Assembly (NCBI GenBank): GCA_963782815.1
Contig: CAWALG010000030.1
Location: 164,284-228,283 of the forward strand
Direction of reading: 5' to 3'
DNA from: an uncultured Acidobacteriota bacterium
GTDB lineage: Bacteria; Acidobacteriota; Thermoanaerobaculia; UBA5066; Gp7-AA6
DNA: 64,000 nucleotides
The notes beneath the pieces were generated by a model that saw nothing but the letters and a program-made list of their open reading frames with translations, was not told where the DNA came from and searched no databases. Shown here piece by piece: positions 1 through 8,520 of this stretch. Every line of letters starts with the position of its first letter. Position 1 is the first letter of the stretch. Both the position numbers and the translations under genes were made by a program.

Positions 1-4
1 TCAG

Positions 5-75
5 GGCCAGGTGTCAGGTTGGGCCCAGGCCATCGTCCCTGACACCTGACACCTGATACCTGACACCTGCATTTC
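5..75. repeat. Heptamer tandem repeat (ACACCTG)n with a short inverted arm
   Basis: cctgacacctgacacctgatacctgacacctg at about 38-69, with caggtgtcagg at about 8-18 as its reverse complement. Confidence 0.8.
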
Positions 76-97
76 CCTGACACCTTTTCCCTGAAAC

Positions 98-1723
98 CTA
101 TTCCCTGTAATTGCGAGGAGGACGTGCTTCGGGGCTGCTCGCGAGAACTCGCGCGGGCACGCCCGAGGCTTCGAACTCTGTCAGGTCGCGGCGGCGGACG
201 AGGGCGGCGTAGCGGTTGCCGCTCTCGCCACTGCGACCAGAATTTTTCGCGGGTCCAGAAGAGGGATTCGCGGACTTCGGAGCGGCGCTCGAACTGGGGC
301 TCCAGCTCTCCGACGTAGTCGGCGAGAGGGACGGGGGATTCGAGCGCCAGGGGAAGGCCCTGGAGATAGGCCTGGTAGCCGACGACCGTCGCGCCGGCGT
401 TCCTGGCGGCGGCCGCGGCGGCGCAGATCGCGTGGGGATCGGTCGCGGGAGGGACTCTCGGCCACACGAGGGCGGCCATGACGGCGAAGCCGGTCCAGCC
501 GGCGGCGAAGCGCCCCGAGCGCGAGCGGCACGCTTCGCTTCGCGAGCGCCGGCGCGGCCCAGGTGCCGAGGAGGAGGACGGCGAGGCCGGCGATGGCGAT
601 GGGAGCGAGGGCGTAGTCGCGGACCCAGGCTTGTGCGGTCGGATTCACGATCACATATGCGGGGAGAAGCGTCGCGAGGAGCGCCGAGACGCGCCAGGCT
701 CCCTGACCCGCCGGCTGTCTCTCGAACAACGCACGCGCGGCGAGCGCGGCGGCGGCGGGGAAAGCGGGCATCAGGTACGGCGGCAGCTTGCTGCGCGAGA
801 GGGAGAAGAAGACGAGCACGACCGCGAACCAGAGCAGGAAGAAGAGCGCCTCCGGCTCGTCGCGGCGCCAGGCTTTCTTGAGCGACGAAAGGAAGAACGG
901 GATGACCGGGAGGAAGCCGGCGAGGAAGATGAGGACGAAGTAGTAGATCGGGCCCGGGCGCTGCGCGACGGAGGTCGAGAAGCGCTGGAAGTGCTCGTGG
1001 ATGAAGAAGAACTGGAGGAACCCGGGAGTGCGGCGTTCGGCGAGCACGAACCAGGGCGCGGCGGCGAGGAGGAACACGGGGAGAGCCGGGCCGAAGAGGA
1101 GCGAGGTGAGAAATCGCATCCGCCGTGTCGCCAGGCACCAGAGAAAGAGGATCGCACCCGGCAGCACGATGGCGACGAGCCCCTTGCTCAGGAATCCTCC
1201 GGCGGCGGCGAGCCCGGTCAAGGCGGCCAGCGCCTTCCACCGCAGGCGCGCCTCGTAGCGGACAAGCGTCGCCCGGGCGAGAAAGAGCGTCAGCGTGAAG
1301 AAGAACGTCAGAGGAGCGTCGGTCAGGTTCACGCGCGAGAAGGCGAAGCCGAGCGGCGCCGCGAGATACAGGATCGCCGCCGCGAGCCCCGACGGCGTCC
1401 CCCAGACCGCGGCCGTCCCGAAGAGGAGCGTCAGCGATCGTGCCGAGCCCGAAGAGGCGAGTCGGCAGCCGCGCCGCCCAGGGAGTCAGGCCGAAGAGGC
1501 GCAGCGAGGCGGCGTTGGCCCAGTACAGGAGAGGCGGCTTCTCGAGGTAGGGCACGCCGTTCAACCTCGGCGTCACGAAGTCGCCGGAGGCGAGCATCTC
1601 GCGCGGGATCTCCGCGTAGCGCGCCTCGTCCGGCTCCGCGAGCCAGGAGCCAGCCGGCTCGACCCAGACTGCCCCTTCGAGCAGCAGCACTCCGAGCAGG
1701 AGAATTCCGAGGCGAGGGTTCAC
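98..1723 (-). CDS. ArnT/GT83-like (PMT/GT39 superfamily) membrane glycosyltransferase, split by about 3 frameshifts
   Basis: N-terminus EPDEARYAEIPREMLASGDFVTPRLNGVPYLEKPPLLYW; middle frame (181..1332) has GFLSKGLVAIVLPG and SRSKLPPYLMP plus many TM helices; C-terminus continues in other frames. Confidence 0.85.
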   Translation of the reverse strand: MNPRLGILLLGVLLLEGAVWVEPAGSWLAEPDEARYAEIPREMLASGDFVTPRLNGVPYLEKPPLLYWANAASLRLFGLTPWAARLPTRLFGLGTIADAPLRDGRGLGDAVGARGGDPVSRGAARLRLLAREPDRRSSDVLLHADALSRPGDACPLRGAPAVEGAGRLDRARRRRRIPEQGARRHRAAGCDPLSLVPGDTADAISHLAPLRPGSPRVPPRRRALVRARRTPHSRVPPVLLHPRALPALLDLRRAAPGPDLLLRPHLPRRLPPGHPVLPFVAQESLAPRRAGGALLPALVRGRARLLLPLAQQAAAVPDARFPRRRRARRACVVRETAGGSGSLARLGAPRDASPRICDRESDRTSLGPRLRPRSHRHRRPRRPPPRHLGRAGAREAKRAARARGASPPAGPASPSWPPSCGRESLPRPIPTRSAPPRPPPGTPARRSSATRPISRAFPWRSNPPSLSPTTSESWSPSSSAAPKSANPSSGPAKNSGRSGESGNRYAALVRRRDLTEFEASGVPARVLASSPEARPPRNYRE

Positions 1724-1741
1724 TCCCGGCGAGTCTAACTA

Positions 1742-1820
1742 ATTGAAAGATTGAATGATTGACGATCTGACGGATTGAGCCGGGCCGGATCGAGCAATCG
1801 TCAATCTCTCAATCTTCAAT
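1742..1820. repeat. Inverted heptamer repeat block (GATTGAx arms / TCAATC arms) in the divergent arnT-SDR intergenic region
   Basis: attgaaagattgaatgattgacgatctgacggattga ... caatcgtcaatctctcaatcttcaat. Confidence 0.8.
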
Positions 1821-1838
1821 GCTAAGATTCGCGCCGCT

Positions 1839-2652
1839 TTGTCCACCGAGATCCGCTCCCGCTGGGCCGTCGTTCTGGGCGCTTCCTCCGGCTTCGGGGA
1901 GGCGTGCTCGCTCGCGCTCGCGAGGGCGGGCTGGAACGTGTTCGGGGTCCACCTGGACCGGAAGGCCACGCAGGCCAACGCGGACAGGATCGTGGCGGAG
2001 ATCGCGTCCATGGGGCGCCGCGCGGAGTTCTTCAACGTCAACGCGGCCGACGACGGCAAGCGCGGCGAGGTCGTGGCGGCGATCGCCGAGAAGTGCGGCG
2101 GCGACCCGCCGGAGTCTCGCGTCTCGGTCCTCCTCCACTCCCTCGCCTTCGGGACCCTGAAGCCGTTCTTCGCGGAGTCGCGGGAGGCTTCGATCGCGAA
2201 GGCCGCAGCTCGAGATGACGCTCGACGTCATGGCCAATTCGCTCGTCTACTGGGTGCAGGACCTCTTCTTCGCGGGGCTGCTCTCGCCCGGCGCGCGCGT
2301 CTTCGCGATGACGTCGGCCGGCGACCACATCGTCTGGCCCTCCTACGGAGCCGTCTCGGCGGCCAAGTCGGCGCTCGAGTCCTACGTCCGGCAGCTCGCG
2401 GTGGAGCTCGCGCCGCACCGCGTCGCGGTCAACGCGCTGCGGGCCGGAGTCACCGACACGCCGGCGCTGCGCAAGATCCCCGGCAACGAGGCGATGATCG
2501 AGCGGATCGGCAAGATCCATCCGGCGGGACGGATGACGAAGCCCTCCGACGTCGCCGGCGCCCTCGTCGCCCTCTGCTCCGAAGGCGCCGGCTGGGTCAG
2601 CGGCAACGTCATCGGCGTGGACGGCGCCGAAGACGTCGCCGGCGGACGGTGA
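1839..2652 (+). CDS. SDR-family oxidoreductase, enoyl-ACP reductase (FabL/FabI-like), one frameshift near 2205
   Basis: VVLGASSGFG Rossmann motif; LHSLAFG; YGAVSAAKSALE (YxxxxxxK); NALRAGVTDTPAL; second half is ORF 2215..2652. Confidence 0.85.
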
Positions 2653-4133
2653 TGGTGAGGAGAAGGTCCAAAGTCCAAGGTCTAAAGTCCAAGGTCGCCA
2701 ATCCAAGATCCAAGACCCGTAAGTCGAAGACCGGATCGACCCGCAGCCCGGACCCGAGTCCCGAGTCCCGAGTCCCGAGTCCCGAGCCGCGTCCTTTCGA
2801 CTTCATCAAGGAGAAGGCCGGCATCCGCGAGTTCCGCCTGAAGGCGAACGGACTCCGGCTGCTGCTGCTCCAGAACCGGATCGCGCCCGTCGCGACGTTC
2901 GCGGTCGTTTATTGCGTGGGCAGCCGCAACGAGGCGGTCGGCTACACCGGCGCGACGCACCTGCTCGAGCACCTGATGTTCAAGGGGACGCCGCGTTACA
3001 ACCGGGAGAAGGGGACGGCGATCGCGGCCGTGCTCGAGGCCCTGGGAGCGCGCTTCAACGCCACGACCTGGTTCGACCGGACGAATTACTACGAGACCCT
3101 CCCCTCGGCGCAGCTGGAAGTGGCGATCCGGATCGAGGCGTCGCGCATGCGCGGCTCGCTCATCCGGGACGAGGACCGGCAGCCGGAGATGACGGTCGTC
3201 CGCAACGAGTTCGAGCGGGGAGAGAACTCGCCCTTCCAGGTCCTCTACAAGCACACGTTCGCGGCGGCCTTTCGCGAGCACCCCTATCACCACCCGACGA
3301 TCGGGTGGAGGAGCGACATCGAGGGGGTCACGACGGCCCGTTTGAAGGAGTTCTACGACGTCTTCTACCACCCCAACAACGCGATCGCGATGGTGATCGG
3401 GGACTTCGAAGAGAAGGAGGCGCTGGCGAAGGTCGCGCGCCACTTCGGCTCGATCCCCGCGTCCGCGCGCCCGATCCCGGCCGTTCACACCGTGGAGCCG
3501 CCCCAGGAAGGGGAGCGGCGCTTCACCGTCCGGCGTTCCGGCCAGGTCGCCTGGTGCGGGCTCGCGTGGCGGACCGTCGAAGCGCTTCATCCCGACACGC
3601 ACGCGCTCGCGGTGCTCGGCAACATCCTGGGAGGCGGCGTGACCTCGCGTCTCTACCAGGCGCTCGTCGAAAAGAGCCTCGCGCTTTCCGTCACCGCCGT
3701 TCCATGGCAGCTGCGCGACCCGGCCTTGCTCTCGATCTTCGCGCCGGTCCGGCCGGGAGTCGAGCCGGCCTCCGTGGAATCGGCGATCCGCGAGGAGGTC
3801 TCGCGAATCGCGCGGGAAGGCGTGACGCCGGCGGAGACGGAAAAGGCCCGGACGCAGATCGAAGCGGAGGTGATCTTCGACCGCGATTCGACCGATCAGG
3901 TCGCGGCTTCCCTTTCCGAGGCGATCGCCGCGGCCGACTGGGATTGGTACGCGGACTATCCGGCGGCGATCCGGCGCGTCACGCCGGAGGACGTCCAGCG
4001 CGTCGCCCGGGCGTACTTGAACGACGACGACCTGACCGTCGGGATCTTCCTTCCGAAGCCGGAGGGCGGCGAGGAGCCGGCTCCTCCGCCGGGCCCCGAA
4101 GACCAGCAGGCTCCCGACCGGGAGACGGCCTGA
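2652..4133 (+). CDS. M16 (pitrilysin/insulinase) zinc peptidase, catalytic subunit
   Basis: GATHLLEHLMFKG (HxxEH), NATTWFDRTNYY, VRNE; ATG at 2652 overlaps the SDR stop; repeat-derived low-complexity N-terminus. Confidence 0.9.
   Translation: MVRRRSKVQGLKSKVANPRSKTRKSKTGSTRSPDPSPESRVPSPEPRPFDFIKEKAGIREFRLKANGLRLLLLQNRIAPVATFAVVYCVGSRNEAVGYTGATHLLEHLMFKGTPRYNREKGTAIAAVLEALGARFNATTWFDRTNYYETLPSAQLEVAIRIEASRMRGSLIRDEDRQPEMTVVRNEFERGENSPFQVLYKHTFAAAFREHPYHHPTIGWRSDIEGVTTARLKEFYDVFYHPNNAIAMVIGDFEEKEALAKVARHFGSIPASARPIPAVHTVEPPQEGERRFTVRRSGQVAWCGLAWRTVEALHPDTHALAVLGNILGGGVTSRLYQALVEKSLALSVTAVPWQLRDPALLSIFAPVRPGVEPASVESAIREEVSRIAREGVTPAETEKARTQIEAEVIFDRDSTDQVAASLSEAIAAADWDWYADYPAAIRRVTPEDVQRVARAYLNDDDLTVGIFLPKPEGGEEPAPPPGPEDQQAPDRETA
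2664..2787 (+). repeat. Two heptamer tandem repeats (AAGTCCA-like and CCGAGTC) inside the M16 5' region
   Basis: aaggtccaaagtccaaggtctaaagtccaagg... and ccgagtcccgagtcccgagtcccgagtcccgag, translating to SKVQGLKSKV and PSPESRVPSPEP. Confidence 0.85.
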
Positions 4134-4175
4134 TGGCGCGCGCGGGCGCGAGCCCGGCCTTCGCCTCGCCGCCGC

Positions 4176-5504
4176 GTGCCCGTCGCGGAGGCGGTTCGCC
4201 GGCGCGTGCTCGGCAACGGAACGGAGTTGCTCGTTCTCGAGAACCACTTCAATCCCACCGTCGCGGTCTCCGGCTCGCTTCACGCGGGGTCCGTCTTCGC
4301 TCCGCCCGGCCGCCGGCTCATCGCCTCGATGACCGCGGGCGAGCTCGCCAAGGGCACCGAGAAGCGCACCAAGCTCCAGATCGCGGAAGACCTGGAGAGC
4401 CGGGGCGCGTCCCTTTCGTTTTCCTCCGACTCCTCCGATCCCGTCGGCGTGGACATCGGAGGCGCCGCCCTCTCGCGCGACGTGGACCTGCTGCTCGACC
4501 GGCTGGTCGAGATCCTGCGCTCGCCCGTCTTTCCCTCCGAGGAGCTCGAGAAGGAGAAGAAGCGCGTCGTCGGAGCGATCCGCCAGCAACAGGATCAGCC
4601 GAGCGTGCGCGCCTACGAAGAGGCGGCGCGGCGGGTCTATCCGCCGGAGCATCCGCTCCATCGCCGCACGGGGCAGGCGCGCATCGCGCTCGTCGAGGCG
4701 CTGACGCGCGAGGACCTGGTCGCGTTCTACCGGCAGCGCTACGGCGCCGGCACCCTGCAGCTCGTCGTCGTGGGCGACGTTTCCGCCGACAGGATCCTGG
4801 ACGGCCTCGAGAAGCGCCTCTCGTCCTGGGCGCGCGGCCCGGAGGCCGGGTTCCCCGCGCTTGCCGTGCCGGAGCCCTCCCCGGGTCGGGACACGATTCT
4901 CATGCCGGACAAGGCGAGCGCCGACGTCGTGATGCTCGAGCCCTCGACGCTCCGGCGAAACGACCCGGCCTACCTCGCCTGCACTCTCGCCAATTCCGCC
5001 CTGGGCCAGTCGTCGCTGACTTCGCGCCTGGGCGTGCGCGTCCGGGACATCGAGGGCCTGACCTACGGGATTCACTCGAGCTTCCATGCCACCCACGTCG
5101 CCGGGCCCTTCGTCGTCAGCGTGACCGTCAAGCCCGAGAGCCGCGACGCCGCGGTCGCCTCGACGCTCGACGAGATCGCGCGGTTCCTGAAGACCGGCCT
5201 GACGCGCAAGGAGCTCAAGGAGGAGAAGAGCTCGCGGATCGGGAAGTTCCAGGTGGATCTCGCCTCCAACCCGGGAATCGCCCAGGCGCTGGACGCCGCC
5301 GTCTACTACGGCCTCGGTCTCGACTACCTGGACCGCTTTCCCGCCCTCGTGGCCTCCGTCACCAAGGAGCAGGCCGACGCGGAGTTCCGCAAGAGCGTGC
5401 ACCCCGACCGATTCACGATCGTCTCCGCAGGGTCCTTCGGTCAGGTTCCTGAGTCGCGGGTTCCGTTCCAGTCGCTCCGATGGTCCTGCTCCGGGAAAAC
5501 ATGA
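4176..5504 (+). CDS. M16 peptidase, non-catalytic (beta-like) subunit
   Basis: M16 fold signatures (LAKGTEKRT, SSLTSRLGVRVRDIEGLTYG) without HxxEH; directly follows the catalytic subunit. Confidence 0.85.
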   Translation: MPVAEAVRRRVLGNGTELLVLENHFNPTVAVSGSLHAGSVFAPPGRRLIASMTAGELAKGTEKRTKLQIAEDLESRGASLSFSSDSSDPVGVDIGGAALSRDVDLLLDRLVEILRSPVFPSEELEKEKKRVVGAIRQQQDQPSVRAYEEAARRVYPPEHPLHRRTGQARIALVEALTREDLVAFYRQRYGAGTLQLVVVGDVSADRILDGLEKRLSSWARGPEAGFPALAVPEPSPGRDTILMPDKASADVVMLEPSTLRRNDPAYLACTLANSALGQSSLTSRLGVRVRDIEGLTYGIHSSFHATHVAGPFVVSVTVKPESRDAAVASTLDEIARFLKTGLTRKELKEEKSSRIGKFQVDLASNPGIAQALDAAVYYGLGLDYLDRFPALVASVTKEQADAEFRKSVHPDRFTIVSAGSFGQVPESRVPFQSLRWSCSGKT

Positions 5505-5531
5505 CAGAATGGACGTGACAGAGGAGGCATC

Positions 5532-5884
5532 ATTCCGAGACGTCCGCAGTACCGCAAGCCGATGCGCCGCCGTCCGGGCGAGGCGGCGCCCACACACCGG
5601 GTCTATCTCTCCAACGAGCAGCCATCAGGGAAGGTCCCGCGCCGGATGGCCGGACTTACTTCCGCGCGCGCCTGGATTCAGAGCCCTCGCCCGAGTGGAT
5701 GCGCGCCTACCGCGCCGGCATGCTGGGCCTTCTGCCGGAAGACCGGGATGCCGTGCTCCGCTTCGAGTTCCAGGGGGACAGCGTGCGCTTCGCCGCCCAG
5801 GACGCCGAAGTCGGGCGCATGCGCCGCGTCCTCCAGAGCCGCGTGGACGCCGTCAACGGGATCTTCTCCGGCGGCCGCGGCTGA
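5532..5884 (+). CDS. Hypothetical protein (about 117 aa), one frameshift near 5630, start uncertain
   Basis: GAGGAGG at 5521-5527; joined frames read ...THRVYLSNEQP/PDGRTYFRARLDSEPSPEWMRAYRAGMLGLL...; no family recognised. Confidence 0.45.
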
Positions 5885-5894
5885 CGAAAACGAT

Positions 5895-5975
5895 GTTTCA
5901 GGTCTCGGTTCCAGGTTTCAGGATCTTTTCTCGGTTCTGAGACCTGAGACTTGAAACCGGAGACCTGAGACCGGA
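5895..5975. repeat. Inverted heptamer repeat block (AGGTCTC / GAGACCT arms)
   Basis: ttcaggtctcggttccaggtttcagg ... ctgagacctgagacttgaaaccggagacctgagaccgg. Confidence 0.75.
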
Positions 5976-5976
5976 A

Positions 5977-7068
5977 ATGGCCGAGGTCACTCTCCAGAAG
6001 ATCTGCAAGCGGTACGGCGAAGTCTCTGTGATCGAGGATCTCGACCTGGAGGTCCGCGACCGGGAGCTGATGGTCCTCGTCGGGCCCTCCGGCTGCGGTA
6101 AGTCGACGGTGCTCCGCATGATCGCGGGGCTCGAGGAGATCTCCGCGGGGAACGATCGCGATCGGGGGCCGCGTCGTCAACGAGGTCCGCCGCGGGACCG
6201 CGACATCGCGATGGTCTTCCAGACCTACGCGCTCTACCGCACATGACGATCCGCGAGAACCTCGAGTTCGGCCTGAAGATGCGCAAGACCCGCGGGAGCA
6301 GATCGACCGGCTCGTCGCGGAAGCGGCCGAGGTCCTCGAGATGGAGACAAGCTGCTCGACCGGAAGCCCGCGGCAGCTCTCCGGGGGCCAGCGTCAGCGG
6401 GTCGCGCTGGGGCGGGCCTCGTGCGCAAGCCCGCCGTCTTCCTCTTCGATGAGCCGCTCTCGAACCTCGACGCGAAGCTGCGCGTCCAGATGCGGGCGGA
6501 GATCAAGAGGCTCCAGCGGCGGCTCGCGACGACGGCGGTGTACGTCACTCACGACCAGATCGAGGCTATGACGATGGGCTCCGGATCGCGGTCATGCGCG
6601 ATGGCCGACATCCAGCAGGTGGGGGAGCCGCTCGAGATCTACGAGCGGCCGCGCAATCTCTTCGTCGCCAACTTCATCGGGTCTCCGCCGATGAACCTCC
6701 TGCGGGCGCGGCTTTCCCGGGACGGAACGGCCGCCGTCGCGTCGGGCTTCACGCTGACGCTCCCGGCGACGCTGCGAGCGGCCTCGGGGAACGACGCGAA
6801 GGAAGTGGTCCTCGGCATCCGTCCGGAGAACGTGGTCGAGGCGGGCGAGGGAGCGCGCGGGCTCACGGCTTCGCTTCCCGTGGAGGTCGAGTTCGTCGAG
6901 CCGCTGGGGGACGAAGTCATCGTCCACGGCCGGGTTGGAGAAGCGGTGCTCCTCTGCAAGCTCGGGCCGCGCCGCGTGCCCGAGGCGGGCAGCCGGCTCG
7001 ACGTGGCGATCGAGCTCGACAGAGTGCACGTGTTCGACGCGGAGACCGAGCTCCGCATGACGGCGTGA
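5977..7068 (+). CDS. Sugar ABC transporter ATP-binding protein (MalK/MsmX/UgpC type), several frameshifts in 6150-6600
   Basis: Walker [51 protein letters not shown]-terminal TOBE-like region. Confidence 0.9.
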
Positions 7069-8423
7069 CCGGGCCGGCTCCGTTTCCGGAGCAATTCCTC
7101 TGGGGGGCGGCCGTCTCTGCCTACCAGGTGGAAGGGTCGCCCCTGGCCGGCGGCGCCGGTCCGAGCATCTGGCATCGGTTCAGCCACACGCCCGGCTGCG
7201 TGCGCGACGGCGACACCGGGGACGTGGCCTGCGACCTCTACCGGCGATACCCCGACGACGTCCTCCTGATGCGGGAGCTCGGGCTGACGGCCTTCCGCTT
7301 CAGCGTCTCCTGGAGCCGCGTCCTGCCGGAGGGGCGGGGGCGCGTCAACGCGCGCGGCCTCGATTTCTACGAGCGTCTCGTGGACTCCCTTCTGGCGCAA
7401 GGCATCGAGCCTTTCGTGACCCTCTTCCACTGGGACCTGCCGGCGGCGCTCGACGACCGGGGAGGCTGGCTGAACCCGGACATCGCCGGATGGTTCGCGG
7501 AATACGGACAGGTCCTCTTCCACGCGCTGGACGACCGCGTGAAGTTCTGGACGACTTTGAACGAGCCGTGGGTGGTCGCCGACGGCGGATACCTGCACGG
7601 CAAGCTCGCGCCCGGCCACCGGAGCCTCTTCGAGGCGCCGATCGCTTCCCACAACCTGCTGCGCGCGCACGCCGCGGGGGTCCGCGCCTACCGCGCGGAA
7701 GGGCGGAACGCGATCGGCCTCGTCGTGAACCTGGAGCCCAAGTACCCGGCGTCGCAGAACCCGGAGGACCTGGCCGCCACGGCGCGGGCGGATGCCTACA
7801 TGAACCGCCAGTATCTGGATCCGGTGTTCTTCGGGCGTTACCCGGAGGAGCTGCGCGAGATCTTCGGCGAAGCCTGGCCCGAATTCCCGGCGGCGGAGAT
7901 CGAAGAGATCCGCGAGAAGATCGACTTTCTCGGCGTGAACTACTACACGCGGAGCGTCACCCGGGACGACCCCTCGGCCCTTCCCGTGCGCGCGCGGCCG
8001 GTCCGGCAGAAACGGCACGCGTACACGAAGACGCATTGGGAGGTCTATCCGCCGGGCCTGACCGACATCCTCCTGTGGGTGAAGGAGCGCTATGGCGACA
8101 TTCCGCTCTACGTCACGGAGAACGGCGCCGCGTTCTATGACCCTCCCACGGCTCCCGGGCCGACGCTCGAGGATCCCCTGAGAGTCGACTACTTCCAGGG
8201 GCACCTTCGGGCGGCCGCCCGGGCCCTCGAACAGGGCGTGGATCTGCGCGGCTACTTTGCCTGGTCTCTGCTCGACAACTTCGAATGGAACCACGGCTAC
8301 TCCAAGCGCTTCGGCATCGTCCACGTGGACTACGAGACGCAGCGGCGCACCCCCAAGGCGAGCGCCCGCTTCTACGCCGAAGTGATTCGCACCCGAGGAG
8401 CGAACCTGTCTCTGTCATCCTGA
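7065..8423 (+). CDS. bglA: GH1 beta-glucosidase
   Basis: FLWGAAVSAYQVEG, TLFHWDLP, TLNEP (acid/base), YVTENG (nucleophile), WSLLDNFEW; GTG start overlaps the malK stop. Confidence 0.93.
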   Translation: MTGPAPFPEQFLWGAAVSAYQVEGSPLAGGAGPSIWHRFSHTPGCVRDGDTGDVACDLYRRYPDDVLLMRELGLTAFRFSVSWSRVLPEGRGRVNARGLDFYERLVDSLLAQGIEPFVTLFHWDLPAALDDRGGWLNPDIAGWFAEYGQVLFHALDDRVKFWTTLNEPWVVADGGYLHGKLAPGHRSLFEAPIASHNLLRAHAAGVRAYRAEGRNAIGLVVNLEPKYPASQNPEDLAATARADAYMNRQYLDPVFFGRYPEELREIFGEAWPEFPAAEIEEIREKIDFLGVNYYTRSVTRDDPSALPVRARPVRQKRHAYTKTHWEVYPPGLTDILLWVKERYGDIPLYVTENGAAFYDPPTAPGPTLEDPLRVDYFQGHLRAAARALEQGVDLRGYFAWSLLDNFEWNHGYSKRFGIVHVDYETQRRTPKASARFYAEVIRTRGANLSLSS

Positions 8424-8495
8424 GCGTAGCGAAGGATCTGCCCCGCCAGGAACGAGAGAGCAGATCCTTCGTCGCTTCGCTCCTCAGGATGACAG
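8412..8495. repeat. REP-like palindromic element (CTGTCATCCTGAGC...GAAGGATCT...AGATCCTTC...CTCAGGATGACAG), copy 1
   Basis: Long imperfect inverted repeat between convergent genes; related copies at 29306-29393 and 30601-30685. Confidence 0.85.
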
Positions 8496-8520
8496 GGTGG
8501 GAGCAGGTCTTGACGGGCGC

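Noticed and set aside
1839-4133. Apparent SDR-M16 peptidase fusion (764 aa)
   Set aside because: Artefact of the frameshift near 2205; the SDR ends at 2652 in another frame and the M16 gene has its own overlapping start.
2682-5597. 971-aa minus-strand ORF, and similar long antisense or overlapping ORFs (35783..38719, 27721..30681, 19352..21277)
   Set aside because: Shadow frames of real genes in high-GC DNA; Arg/Gly/Pro-rich or motif-free, opposite or overlapping well-supported CDSs.
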